This document shows, in pieces, positions 10,187-19,689 of a DNA stretch of 64,000 bases. Under the pieces are notes generated by a model. That model did not search any database, had not been told where the DNA came from, and saw only the letters and a list, made by a program, of their open reading frames with translations. The position numbers were made by a program, and so were the translations under genes. Origin of the DNA: Gemmatimonadota bacterium. GTDB lineage: Bacteria; Gemmatimonadota; Gemmatimonadetes; Gemmatimonadales; GWC2-71-9. The stretch spans positions 32,001-96,000 of the forward strand of contig JBDHAB010000004.1 of assembly GCA_039588295.1 (NCBI GenBank), in the 5' to 3' direction. Each line of letters starts with the position of its first letter. The stretch's first letter is position 1.

Positions 10187-11086
10187 TTAGGTGTTGGCTG
10201 CAGCGCGCTGGACCTGTTCCCAGGCGTGGTACGACGAACGCACGAGCGGGCCCGCCTCGACATGGCGGTAGCCCATCTCGAGGCCGAGTTCCCTGAGCTG
10301 GGTAAACTCGTCGGGAGTGTAAAACCGAGCGACCGGGAGATGGCCGTCCGACGGCCGGAGATACTGCCCGAGCGTGAGGATGTCGACTCCCTGGTCTCGC
10401 ACGTCGTGCATCGCGACGATCAACTCGTCCCACTCTTCGCCCAGCCCGCACATGATGCCGGACTTCGTGACGGCTGAGGGATCCATCTCCTTCGCGCGCC
10501 GCAACAGCCGCAATGCGCGATCGTATCGTCCCCCCGGCCGAGCGATGCGATACAGCCGGGCGATCGTCTCCAAATTATGGTTCAGAATGTCCGGCTGCGC
10601 ATCGACCACTATCTGCAGCGCTCGATCGGAACCCTTGAAGTCCGGGATCAGTACCTCGACCGACGCGTCGGCCATGCGCTGCCTGATCTGCGTCACACAC
10701 CCCGCAAACGCTTCCGCCCCACCGTTCGGCAGGTCATCCCGGTCCACACTCGTAATGACGATGTGCTTGAGCCCCATCCGGGTGACCGCCTCCGCCAACC
10801 GGCGAGGTTCGTCCTCGTCATGCGGATCGGGCGTCCCGTGTGCGACCGCGCAGTACGCGCAGTTCCGCGTGCAGACCTCGCCCAGGATCATAAACGTCGC
10901 CGCGCGATGCTCCCAGCACTCGCCGATATTCGGGCAATGCGCCTCTTCGCACACGGTATGGAGCTTCAGCTCGCGCATCATGTGCTTGACGCTGGCGTAG
11001 TTCGCACCACCAGGCGCCTTGACCTTGAGCCAGGCTGGCTTCCGCGGAGCGACCGGCCCGACCGGATTCAGCTGAACGAGTTCCAT
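10187..11086 (-). CDS. lipA: Lipoyl synthase
   Basis: CEEAHCPNIGEC and CTRNCAYC Fe-S motifs; RSSY C-terminal motif. Confidence 0.96.
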   Translation of the reverse strand: MELVQLNPVGPVAPRKPAWLKVKAPGGANYASVKHMMRELKLHTVCEEAHCPNIGECWEHRAATFMILGEVCTRNCAYCAVAHGTPDPHDEDEPRRLAEAVTRMGLKHIVITSVDRDDLPNGGAEAFAGCVTQIRQRMADASVEVLIPDFKGSDRALQIVVDAQPDILNHNLETIARLYRIARPGGRYDRALRLLRRAKEMDPSAVTKSGIMCGLGEEWDELIVAMHDVRDQGVDILTLGQYLRPSDGHLPVARFYTPDEFTQLRELGLEMGYRHVEAGPLVRSSYHAWEQVQRAAANT

Positions 11087-11166
11087 GGGACGCGAAACAT
11101 AGCGAGCGCCGCGAGACGGGACCAGTTGTTTCTCAACCGGACGGTTGAGAAAGAGCGCACTGGCGC

Positions 11167-12270
11167 TCAGGACACCCAGCTACGGTCGGGGGCGAGCAGC
11201 GAGAGGTCGTAGTCGACTTCCTCTCCGGTGATGAGTTGGGCGACGACCTCTCCGGTGATGCCGGCAAGGAGAATCCCGTTGCGGCCGTGACCGGTCGCGT
11301 ACCACAGATTCGGGATGCTGGTGTCTTGGCCGACCATGGGCCGGCCATCCGGAGTAACCGGCCGGAACCCGGCCCATGTGCGGGTGACCGGCGTGTTGCC
11401 CAGGGCGGGGTAGAGGCGCTGCGCGGCGGTCAACACCCGTGCCAACCCTTCGTCGGTCGTCGACGGATCGAACCCGACGCGCTCCATTGTCGATCCCGCG
11501 ATGGCTTCACCGTTTCGCTCGACGACGTAACCGCCCCCGCCGTACACGACGGCTCGGGGCTCCCCTGCGGGCCACAACAGCGCTGCCATCTGTCCCCGGA
11601 CCGGCTCGACTGGGAGTGGTCGCGGCAGCCCTTTCAGCTGGCCGGACCACGCGCCGGCCGAGATGATCACGGACCCCGCGTGACGCTCCCCGGTGGCGGT
11701 GCGTACGCCGGTCACGCGCCCGGCTTCGAACAGCAGCTGATCGGCGTGCTCACGCTCGACGTCCAGGGTGGCATGCCGTTGGCCGCTCTCGAGCAGCGCC
11801 CGGTGGAGGGCGGTCGGATCCAGACCGCCGTCTTCGGGTGCGAGCGCGGCACCAAGCGCCTCGGGGCCGATGCCGGGGGCGTACTCGCGGAGGTCCTCGA
11901 CGCTGAGCCACTCCACCGTGTAGCCGCTCTGCCGCTGCCACGCCATGGCACTCCGCAGCTCGTTCACGTCTTCCTCGGAGAAGGCCACCTGCAGAATGCC
12001 CTCGGTCCAGAGACCGATGTCGATCCCTGTCTCCGCCTCGAGCGTGCTCCTCAGCTCATGGTAGTAGTCACGGGCGCGGACGCAGAACCCGAGGAACGGG
12101 TCTTCCGCGCGAGCTTCGGCAAACGGAGCCAGCATCCCGGCGGCCGCCTGGGTCGCGGCGCCCGGATGCGGTTGGTCGAGAAGGGTGACCCGCATGCCCC
12201 GTCGTGCCAGTCCGTGAGCGCACGCCGCGCCGATGATGCCGCCGCCGACTACCAGTGCGTCAGGCTGCAT
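11167..12270 (-). CDS. thiO: Glycine oxidase ThiO / DAO-family FAD oxidoreductase
   Basis: GGGIIG, ATQAAAGML, PVRGQ, WAGFRP and GHGRNGILL motifs. Confidence 0.8.
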   Translation of the reverse strand: MQPDALVVGGGIIGAACAHGLARRGMRVTLLDQPHPGAATQAAAGMLAPFAEARAEDPFLGFCVRARDYYHELRSTLEAETGIDIGLWTEGILQVAFSEEDVNELRSAMAWQRQSGYTVEWLSVEDLREYAPGIGPEALGAALAPEDGGLDPTALHRALLESGQRHATLDVEREHADQLLFEAGRVTGVRTATGERHAGSVIISAGAWSGQLKGLPRPLPVEPVRGQMAALLWPAGEPRAVVYGGGGYVVERNGEAIAGSTMERVGFDPSTTDEGLARVLTAAQRLYPALGNTPVTRTWAGFRPVTPDGRPMVGQDTSIPNLWYATGHGRNGILLAGITGEVVAQLITGEEVDYDLSLLAPDRSWVS

Positions 12271-12346
12271 CCCGTCCTTGAGCTGAAACTCGGTGTCTCA
12301 TAGCTTCGTACAGTACCCTGAAAGCGCTCTTTCCGGGAGGCAAGTA

Positions 12347-12559
12347 ATGGTTCGCGCGATTGTAGGCTACGCCGTCCTCGCCATCGTCGGCATTGTAGCG
12401 CTTAAGCTGCTGTTCGGGCTCCTGAGCATCGCATTCAGCCTCGTCTGGGCTTTGCTGTGGTTGGCGCTCCTCGGGTTCGTGTTCTACCTGATCCTCAAAG
12501 TGGTGAGTCCCAAGACGGCACAGCGGGTGAAGGACAAGATCAAAGGGGAGCCTGAGTAG
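12347..12559 (+). CDS. Small two-TM membrane protein
   Basis: GGGAGG RBS before ATG 12347; hydrophobic body with a basic tail; followed by a hairpin. Confidence 0.75.
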   Translation: MVRAIVGYAVLAIVGIVALKLLFGLLSIAFSLVWALLWLALLGFVFYLILKVVSPKTAQRVKDKIKGEPE

Positions 12560-12591
12560 TTGGGGCAGGCGCGATCGAAGGGTTGAAGAGC

Positions 12592-12617
12592 ACCGGGGCC
12601 CCAGTTGGGGCCCCGGT
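12592..12617. terminator. GC-rich hairpin between convergent genes (probable terminator)
   Basis: ACCGGGGCCCC-AGTT-GGGGCCCCGGT, a perfect 11-bp inverted repeat. Confidence 0.65.
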
Positions 12618-12640
12618 CGTGTTGTGGTGGCAAGCCGATC

Positions 12641-13414
12641 TTACCGCGAGCCCTCGTCGGGCGGCAGCTCATCCCGGATCTCACGGAGACGCAGTGTGAT
12701 CGTGGCGATCGAGGCGAATTTGAGCTTGAGCTGGACCATGATCCGGCGCTCGTCGTCGCTCAGCCACATTCGCGGTTCCTTGGCTTCCTCGAGAATCCCC
12801 CGGCCCTGAATGATGGGGCGCACCACCACCGTGGGGAAACGGCCCGCCGGGAGGTCGAGCGTGTCCCGTCCCAGCACTTCGAGCACGACGGGGTTGCGGT
12901 CGGGACGGAAGTACCGGTCGAACTCATAGCGCTCCCCCTCCTCGAGCTCGACGGTCCGCACGAAGTAGAAGAACGCCGCATCGTCCAGGGGGCGCTCCGA
13001 CGTGGGGAAGATCGAATCGACGCCGTCTTGCCGGTAGTAGCCCGAGTCGGGGAAGATCTCATAGGCCGTGTAGCGGTCTGATTTCCCTTCATGGAAGTCC
13101 TGCACGAAGCGGCGCGAGGCGAAATCGCGGAGTCCGAGCCAGGAATCCATACGATCGTCCAGACGGTAGAAGAACGAGCCTCCGCGGAGCCGAAAGACTA
13201 CGTGCAGGGACGGCTCGCCGCGGATCGTGTCGACGCCGGCGATGTGCATCAGCCCTTGGCCGAGCGTGAGAATCCCGAAGCGGGCATCGTACAGGAGCGT
13301 CTCGCCCACGGGGAATTGTGCGGCGAACGCTCGCGTCGAGTCCGCAGGCGTTTGGGCCGTGGCAACGGACCCCGTGCCGAGGAGCCCGACCACGAATACC
13401 GCGAGGACACGCAT
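12641..13414 (-). CDS. DUF3108-like secreted protein
   Basis: Signal peptide (ATA-Q); FPVGETLLY, LDLPAGRF and WLSDDERRIMVQ resemble DUF3108 proteins. Confidence 0.75.
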   Translation of the reverse strand: MRVLAVFVVGLLGTGSVATAQTPADSTRAFAAQFPVGETLLYDARFGILTLGQGLMHIAGVDTIRGEPSLHVVFRLRGGSFFYRLDDRMDSWLGLRDFASRRFVQDFHEGKSDRYTAYEIFPDSGYYRQDGVDSIFPTSERPLDDAAFFYFVRTVELEEGERYEFDRYFRPDRNPVVLEVLGRDTLDLPAGRFPTVVVRPIIQGRGILEEAKEPRMWLSDDERRIMVQLKLKFASIATITLRLREIRDELPPDEGSR

Positions 13415-13416
13415 CG

Positions 13417-14166
13417 TCACGGGCGTTGCGCCGAGATCGAGGGAGCGGGAATATCGAGTCGTCGTCCTGCGCGATACATCCGCAGGGCAGCGGCGAACGG
13501 GCCATCGGCGTCGGCACTGGTGTGACCGTTTCCTGATCGTGTGATCTCCACGGTCGCGATCTGACGGGCGTTGGTGGCCGCCCGAGCTACCAACTCGGCG
13601 TTGGCGCAGACGCCGTCGGTCTCCAGCAGACGATCGGGACGGTCCCGATAGCAGGTCTTGAGCGTCACCAGCCGGATGACCGATACCCCTGACAGCAGAT
13701 CCCGCACGCCAGGTACGGCGATCCCGGGTCGGAGCAACCACGGTGCCGAGCGGCGGACGAGCCGCATGCCCCACGTGGTGTCACGTTCTCGCAACTCGCC
13801 GACGACCACGTCGGCCCCGGATTCGAACCTGCGGATGAGGTCTGGGAGGACGGCCGGTGATACGGTGAAATCGGCTGGGAGCGTGGCCACACAGTCGCGT
13901 TTGGGACGGTCGGTTCGCGCCAGGGCGTCCAGGAGCAGCGCGTTGAGGCACGCCGCCTTTCCCTGTGGGGTTCCGAGACGCACCAGGGTCATGGGTAACG
14001 CCCGCTGGTAGGTCTCGAGCGTCTCACGCGTTCCATCGGTCGACGCATCGTCTGCCACCAGGATGTGGTATTCGCGCGAGGACTCCTGGAACACCTTGCG
14101 CAGCTTCCAGAGGAGCAGCCCGATCGTCGGGCTGTTGTTCCGCGTCGCGACACACACGTAGATCAC
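13417..14166 (-). CDS. Glycosyltransferase family 2 (divergent)
   Basis: VADDASTDGT, QGKAA, PAD in place of DxD, GADVVVG; GTG 14166 chosen as start. Confidence 0.75.
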   Translation of the reverse strand: MIYVCVATRNNSPTIGLLLWKLRKVFQESSREYHILVADDASTDGTRETLETYQRALPMTLVRLGTPQGKAACLNALLLDALARTDRPKRDCVATLPADFTVSPAVLPDLIRRFESGADVVVGELRERDTTWGMRLVRRSAPWLLRPGIAVPGVRDLLSGVSVIRLVTLKTCYRDRPDRLLETDGVCANAELVARAATNARQIATVEITRSGNGHTSADADGPFAAALRMYRAGRRLDIPAPSISAQRP

Positions 14167-14412
14167 GGCCGGCCGTCCCGGTTCTCGCGTTTTATGAGGC
14201 AGCTCACAGCAACGGAGACGCAACCTACCGACAATACCGTCGGAGCCGCCAAAAGGTTCAGGCGGAGCAATCTAGCTACGGGGCCAAGAGAAGAGGATAG
14301 CCGCTGCTAGCACTCGGATCTTCTCGCTGCCAAATCGGCCGACACCACCGAGCAGATTGCTCGGGAACCGGTGTTTTGGTGAGAGAGTAGTAACGGTTGG
14401 AGGGTGTTGCGC

Positions 14413-15135
14413 ATGGTCCTCGCGAATCTGAGACAACGGATGACCGCCGGTGACGTCGCGCTGATCATCCGCGTGCTTGCACGAGATGATGCTGCGCGTC
14501 GTGCCGCCTTGGAGCAGCGGGCCGCGACTTGCGGGGTCGATGACCTGCTCGACGTCGACCATTTGCCGCAGCTGCTCCAGGATGTGCAGGAGCTCGGTAC
14601 CCCATCGGCTGCACTGTTCCTCTACGTCACCGTGCGCCACACGCTGCGCAGTGTGGGCATCGACGACCGCCACCTGAGTGACTACCTGGGTGCGCTGATC
14701 TTCGAGTTCGGGCTCCGCGATCGGGCATTTCGTGTGAGCCGGAGCGACGACGAGGTCTACCGCTATCTCACGGACCTCCTCGCTGACGTCGGTCGCGTGT
14801 CGGGGCGGCGCGGGTTCCTGCTGCGCGCGCACCTGGGCAACTTCAGTCTTTGGCTCGCGGGGTTGTTTCCGGACTTCATTGCGGCGAGGAGGGTGCGTCG
14901 AGGCGCGCCGGGTCTCCGGTTCTACGAGGAACTTGGCGCCCGGGGATTCAGCCTCGCCTCCGATCACCACTTGGCACACCAGCTCGATCTCGTCGACATC
15001 TACCGGGCCGCCGCCCAGCGGTTCTCGACGCTTCGCGTGGCGCTCAACCGACTCTCAGACCGACTGCTGTTCCCCAACGCCCACTCGCCCGCACGCCTGC
15101 TCCGGCAGGTCGAGGATGAATTCGCGCACCCGTAG
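14413..15135 (+). CDS. Hypothetical helical protein
   Basis: GGAGG RBS then ATG; long coherent ORF (HLGNFSLWLAGLFPD); function not recognised. Confidence 0.75.
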   Translation: MVLANLRQRMTAGDVALIIRVLARDDAARRAALEQRAATCGVDDLLDVDHLPQLLQDVQELGTPSAALFLYVTVRHTLRSVGIDDRHLSDYLGALIFEFGLRDRAFRVSRSDDEVYRYLTDLLADVGRVSGRRGFLLRAHLGNFSLWLAGLFPDFIAARRVRRGAPGLRFYEELGARGFSLASDHHLAHQLDLVDIYRAAAQRFSTLRVALNRLSDRLLFPNAHSPARLLRQVEDEFAHP

Positions 15136-15188
15136 CCGGCTGTGGTCCCGCGGCGAAACGTCGAGCGGATTCGCGCGACCGTGCGTCG

Positions 15189-15677
15189 CTACGTCTCGGT
15201 GGTGTCGATCCGAGCGAACAACGGACAACGTGGGTTGCTGACCGCCCCCCAACTCACACGCAGGCCGTAGAGCGGCACCATGTAGCTGCCGTTCGTGACG
15301 CCGCCCAAGAGCGGGTATCCCGTGGGCGGCTCGACGTCGTAGATCAGCACACCCATGAAGGCGTCGGTCGAGTCCTCGACGAGGGCCAAGCCGAAGCCGG
15401 GACGCGTCGGGAATCCTTCGCCGTCATACGCGACGATCGGCCCGTCCGGGCTCTCCCCCACGAGCGCTGGCATCGTGCCGTAACCGGGGACCCGGGCGGC
15501 CACCGTGCCCCGGAGGTCCATGGGGACGTCGGTGATCACCTTTGACCCACCGCGAAGCTGTTCGAGCACCAGGGCGGCGCCCGCCATAATGGAAATCCCG
15601 CAACTGGCGGTGTTCTCGGGATTGGTCTGGCCGCAGGCGAGCGCAACGATCGGGGTAAGCAACAGTAGCCGCCGCAT
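15189..15677 (-). CDS. Hypothetical lipoprotein
   Basis: MRRLLLLTPIVALAC lipobox-type signal peptide. Confidence 0.7.
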   Translation of the reverse strand: MRRLLLLTPIVALACGQTNPENTASCGISIMAGAALVLEQLRGGSKVITDVPMDLRGTVAARVPGYGTMPALVGESPDGPIVAYDGEGFPTRPGFGLALVEDSTDAFMGVLIYDVEPPTGYPLLGGVTNGSYMVPLYGLRVSWGAVSNPRCPLFARIDTTET

Positions 15678-15827
15678 GACCAATTGTACCGCGGCGGCGG
15701 ACGGTGGGCCAGCGGGTATTCGGCCGCCGGAGCGTGCCGGGTCGTTCGCACCATCGCTCGCTTGACCGGGTCTGAGGTGGCGGATATCGTTTTGCCAGGG
15801 AACCCGTGTCGCGAGGGGTGAGGGGAC

Positions 15828-15992
15828 ATGCCTACATATGATTATCGCTGTGATCAGTGTCGCAAGCGCTTCTCCGTGGTCGAATCGATCTCCCGCCATG
15901 GTGCGAGACGCCCCAAGTGCCCAAAGTGTAAGTCCACGAAGGTCACGCGAGAGCTCGCACCCTTCTATGCCAAGACCGCGAAGAAGAGCTAG
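15828..15992 (+). CDS. FmdB-family zinc-ribbon protein (54 aa; not in the ORF track)
   Basis: Manual translation MPTYDYRCDQCRKRFSVVESISRHGARRPKCPKCKSTKVTRELAPFYAKTAKKS*; GAGGGG RBS; stop overlaps the next GTG. Confidence 0.9.
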   Translation: MPTYDYRCDQCRKRFSVVESISRHGARRPKCPKCKSTKVTRELAPFYAKTAKKS

Positions 15993-16558
15993 TGTTTGAG
16001 CGCCTGCGCGACGCGATCAATGCAGCGCTCGATGCCGCCGGGTCGGACGACCTGAATGCCGCTGCCTCGAAGATGCGTGAGGCGGTCATCGAAGCACGGA
16101 CGTCCATCGAAGCGATGCGGCAAGGGGTCAAGGAGACCGATCTCCAACTCGGCCTGGAGCGCAAACGGCTTGCCGACGCGGAGCGGCGAGGCCGGCTGGC
16201 TCGGGGAATCCAGGACGATGAGACGGTCGAGGTAGCGGACCGCTTTGCTGCGAAGCACCGGGAACGGGTTGAAGTACTCGAGCAGAAGCTCGACGCGCAG
16301 CGTCAGGAACTCGGGCTCGCCGAGCGGGAATTCGAGGAGATGAAGACCCAGCTTGTCGAGTTCGAACGCAGTCGTCCAGCGAGTGACGCGGCGCGCCGGG
16401 TGGAGTCTGCCTGGCAGGGAATCGAAGCGGCCGGTGGCCACCGTCCCGGGACGGACGTCAAGGACGAACTGCTGCAGTCGCGGCTCGACCGTTCGGCGCG
16501 CGAGGCGCGGGCCGAGCAGCAACTCGAAGAGCTCAAGAAGAAGATGGGCAAAGGATAG
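15992..16558 (+). CDS. PspA/IM30-like coiled-coil protein
   Basis: MFERLRDAINAAL start, long coiled coil, C-terminal LEELKKKM typical of PspA. Confidence 0.65.
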   Translation: MFERLRDAINAALDAAGSDDLNAAASKMREAVIEARTSIEAMRQGVKETDLQLGLERKRLADAERRGRLARGIQDDETVEVADRFAAKHRERVEVLEQKLDAQRQELGLAEREFEEMKTQLVEFERSRPASDAARRVESAWQGIEAAGGHRPGTDVKDELLQSRLDRSAREARAEQQLEELKKKMGKG

Positions 16559-16567
16559 GGGGGGACC

Positions 16568-16963
16568 GTGGAGATCAAAGCTGGCCAGATGGTCTACTTG
16601 GGGTATGGCAAGTACTGGCGGTCGGACGCCATCGTCGGACTGAGGCCGATCGAACAGGAACGTGGTCCTGGTCGGCGGACCGAAGTCTACACGGCCTCGC
16701 TGGAAGATCCCATCGTTGCGTCGCGCAGCGAACGGGCCATTCTCCGGGACATGGCCGTGGCCAGCGACGAGCAGTTCCGTATGCAGGAAGCTCGGGAGAT
16801 CATGGCGGACCTCCAGGACAACCTGGACGATGTTCCCGATGTGCTGCGCCGCATGCTTGCCACGGAAGCCCACTTCGATGTTGCCGCTTGGGTTCGCCGG
16901 TTGAAGGCCCTCATGAAGTCGGAGGGCGAGGCGTCCGACGACCAGAGCGAGCTCTTCGACTGA
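16568..16963 (+). CDS. Hypothetical protein (N-terminus reminiscent of RemA/DUF370 or FlbD)
   Basis: G-rich RBS then GTG; MVYLGYGKYWRSDAIVGL pattern. Confidence 0.65.
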   Translation: MEIKAGQMVYLGYGKYWRSDAIVGLRPIEQERGPGRRTEVYTASLEDPIVASRSERAILRDMAVASDEQFRMQEAREIMADLQDNLDDVPDVLRRMLATEAHFDVAAWVRRLKALMKSEGEASDDQSELFD

Positions 16964-17024
16964 TGTTGACAGGCCGGCCGCGGGCCGGTCACGTCCCTCC
17001 GTTGTGAACGTTCCCCGGTCGCGA

Positions 17025-18518
17025 CTACTCGGTTGCGGCGTCAGTCGAGAAGAATGGCCTCCACTTGTGTTCCGGTGACGGCGGCGTGAGCAAGCTCACG
17101 ATCACGAGCAGGCTCATCGAGATCAGCACGCCCGGAATCACGATGTACTGGCTGTCGGCGAAGTCGAACTGGCCCCCCGCGATCGTCATGGTGAAACTCA
17201 CCCCAAGCCGGTTGAGGACTCCGATCGCGAGAATACTCCCCATGCCGCCCGCAATGCATGCCACACCTCCTTGTGGCGTGACCCGTTTCCACAAGAATGC
17301 CGCGAGCAGGACCGGCGTAAGACTCGCGCCGACCAGGGAGTAGGCGTACAGCGCCATCTGGAGCACGGTCTGGAACTGCGTGAGGAGCAACGTTCCCAGC
17401 GCGCCGAACAGCACGATGACCACTCGCTGGAGTGTGACCATCTGCTTCTCCGTCGCGTGCGGGTTGACGAAGCGTTGGTAGATGTCGCGACTCACGTTGG
17501 TGGATGGAACGAGGAGGAACGTGTTGCCGGTGGACAGCACGATCGCCACGGCCGCGGCGAGGAGCACGGCACCCCCTACCACCGGCAGCCCGTTGCGCGC
17601 CACGTGCATGATCACGGTCTCCGACGCGGCACGCCCGACAATCGACGTCTGCTCGTCGAGATCGGGAAACGCGGCGCGCCCTACGATCGCCACGAGTGCC
17701 AGTGCGGTCTCGATGACCACGACGCCGACTACCATGCCGATCACCGCTCTGCGGGCCGCGCGTTCGTTCTTGGCCGAGAAGAACTTCTGATACATCCCAC
17801 TCTCGCCGAGGAGCAAGAGGAACGTCGGCAACGACACGCCGATGACCCACAGGAAGTTGTGGCCGCCGGTGACGGTGAGGTGCTCCTGCGGCAGCTGGTC
17901 GATCACCGCTCCCACCCCGCCCATCTGAACGACCATGTAGGGCAGCGTGAGCAGAACCGCGACCGTGATGATGATGCCATTGAAGACGTCGACGGTCACG
18001 ATCGAGACCATGCCGGCCAAGGCGGTGAACAGGACGATCGCACCGGCGGTGATCAGCATGCCGACGGTGGGATCGATCCGTCCGTCCGTCACAATGCTGA
18101 GGATCCAACCACCGCCCCGGAACTGGTACGCCGCGATGGTCACATACGCCAGAATGATGGCGAGCGTGCCGAGGACACGGGCTGCGGCGTTGTACCGCTG
18201 TTCCAACAGGTCCGGCACCGTGTACTGCGCGATGCGGCGCACTCGGCCCGCCAGGAAGTAGGCGACGATCAGGCCCATCCACGCTCCAAAGGAGAACCAC
18301 AGTTCCGAAATGCCCGACCGGTACGCCAGGCCCGCGCCGCCGAACAGCGACCCAGATCCGATCCATGTGCAGACGAGCGTGCCAACGAGGAGCGTAACGG
18401 GCACCGCCCGCCCGGCCACCATGAAGTCGTCGTGGCCCTTCACAGTTCGGGATCGCCAGACACTCACGCCGATGAGAATGAGGGGATAGAGCAAGACAAC
18501 GGCGACGAGAAGGCTCAT
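17025..18518 (-). CDS. Sodium:solute symporter family protein
   Basis: DFMVAGR, TVPDLLEQRY and YQKFFSAK motifs; many TM helices; AGGAGG RBS. Confidence 0.92.
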   Translation of the reverse strand: MSLLVAVVLLYPLILIGVSVWRSRTVKGHDDFMVAGRAVPVTLLVGTLVCTWIGSGSLFGGAGLAYRSGISELWFSFGAWMGLIVAYFLAGRVRRIAQYTVPDLLEQRYNAAARVLGTLAIILAYVTIAAYQFRGGGWILSIVTDGRIDPTVGMLITAGAIVLFTALAGMVSIVTVDVFNGIIITVAVLLTLPYMVVQMGGVGAVIDQLPQEHLTVTGGHNFLWVIGVSLPTFLLLLGESGMYQKFFSAKNERAARRAVIGMVVGVVVIETALALVAIVGRAAFPDLDEQTSIVGRAASETVIMHVARNGLPVVGGAVLLAAAVAIVLSTGNTFLLVPSTNVSRDIYQRFVNPHATEKQMVTLQRVVIVLFGALGTLLLTQFQTVLQMALYAYSLVGASLTPVLLAAFLWKRVTPQGGVACIAGGMGSILAIGVLNRLGVSFTMTIAGGQFDFADSQYIVIPGVLISMSLLVIVSLLTPPSPEHKWRPFFSTDAATE

Positions 18519-18648
18519 GCGGTTCCTCCTGCTGCGGCGACCAGGCGGTCACGGCTCGATGGGAGCGGGCGATGGTGCTCGGCGGAAGCGCGCCAAAGAT
18601 GGGCCGCGCCAAACGAGGACGCAACTGGCATTACGGTGCCGGGTTCGG

Positions 18649-19689
18649 TCACGCAGGGTCGTCGGGTGCGTGGCCGGTGGGTCGGGCGGCGACGGACGGT
18701 ACGGGAATCGGCTCGTCGCTGTAGTGACACGCGACATGGCGTTCCGGCTCAACGTTGCGGAGCGCGGGAGCCTCCGCGCGACAGCGCTCGTCCTTGCGCG
18801 GATGCGGACAGCGTTCGTGAAACGCACAGCCACGTGGCCGTTCAGTCGCGCGCTTCGTCTCGTCCGCCAACACGATACGGGTGGCTTGTCTCGCGGGGTC
18901 CGGCGTTGGGATCGCGGAGAGCAAGGAAGTCGTGTACGGATGGAGTGGGCGAGTAAACAGGGTGGCGGTCGGCGCGCTCTCGGCCAACCGCCCGGCGTAC
19001 ATCACTGCCACGCGCTCGGCAAGGTGCCGCACCACGGCCAGGTCGTGTGCAATGAACAAGTAGGTCAGGTGCCGACGCGCGCGAAGGTCGGCGAGCAGAT
19101 TGAGCACCTGGGCTTGCACCGAGACGTCGAGCGCGGAAACGGGCTCGTCCAACACTAATAATTCCGCCTCCACCGAGAGCGCCCGTGCGATTCCCACCCG
19201 CTGACGTTGACCGCCTGACAGCTCGTGGGGGTATTGCCCGACGTGCGACGCGTCCAGCCCGACCTCCCCGAAGAGCTCGACCACGCGGGCATCGGCAGCG
19301 CGACCGCGGTAGAGTCGGTGTACCACCATGGGCTCGCGAACGGCGGCCCCGACCATCATTCGCGGATTGAGGGATCCCGCGGAATCTTGAAACACGACCT
19401 GCATGCGGCGTCGCAGCGTCCGTAACGAGCGGCGGTCCAGCGCGAGTAAATCGTGCCCGTCGAACCGCACGGTTCCCTCACTCGGCTCGAGCAGCCGCAG
19501 GATCAGCCGGCCGAGGGTCGTCTTGCCACTGCCGCTCTCGCCTACGAGCCCGACGGCTTCGCCGCGCGCGATGCTGAGCGTGACATCGTCCACCGCACGG
19601 ATGACTCTACTGCCGGTCCCCAAGAACCCACCGAAGCGGAATTCCTTGATCAGGGACTGTGCCTCGACGAGTGGATGCGGTTCGGTCAT
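18649..19689 (-). CDS. Oligopeptide/dipeptide ABC transporter ATP-binding subunit (OppF/DppF-like)
   Basis: GESGSGKTT, LSGGQRQR, DEPVSALD, HPYT and C-terminal Cys cluster. Confidence 0.93.
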   Translation of the reverse strand: MTEPHPLVEAQSLIKEFRFGGFLGTGSRVIRAVDDVTLSIARGEAVGLVGESGSGKTTLGRLILRLLEPSEGTVRFDGHDLLALDRRSLRTLRRRMQVVFQDSAGSLNPRMMVGAAVREPMVVHRLYRGRAADARVVELFGEVGLDASHVGQYPHELSGGQRQRVGIARALSVEAELLVLDEPVSALDVSVQAQVLNLLADLRARRHLTYLFIAHDLAVVRHLAERVAVMYAGRLAESAPTATLFTRPLHPYTTSLLSAIPTPDPARQATRIVLADETKRATERPRGCAFHERCPHPRKDERCRAEAPALRNVEPERHVACHYSDEPIPVPSVAARPTGHAPDDPA

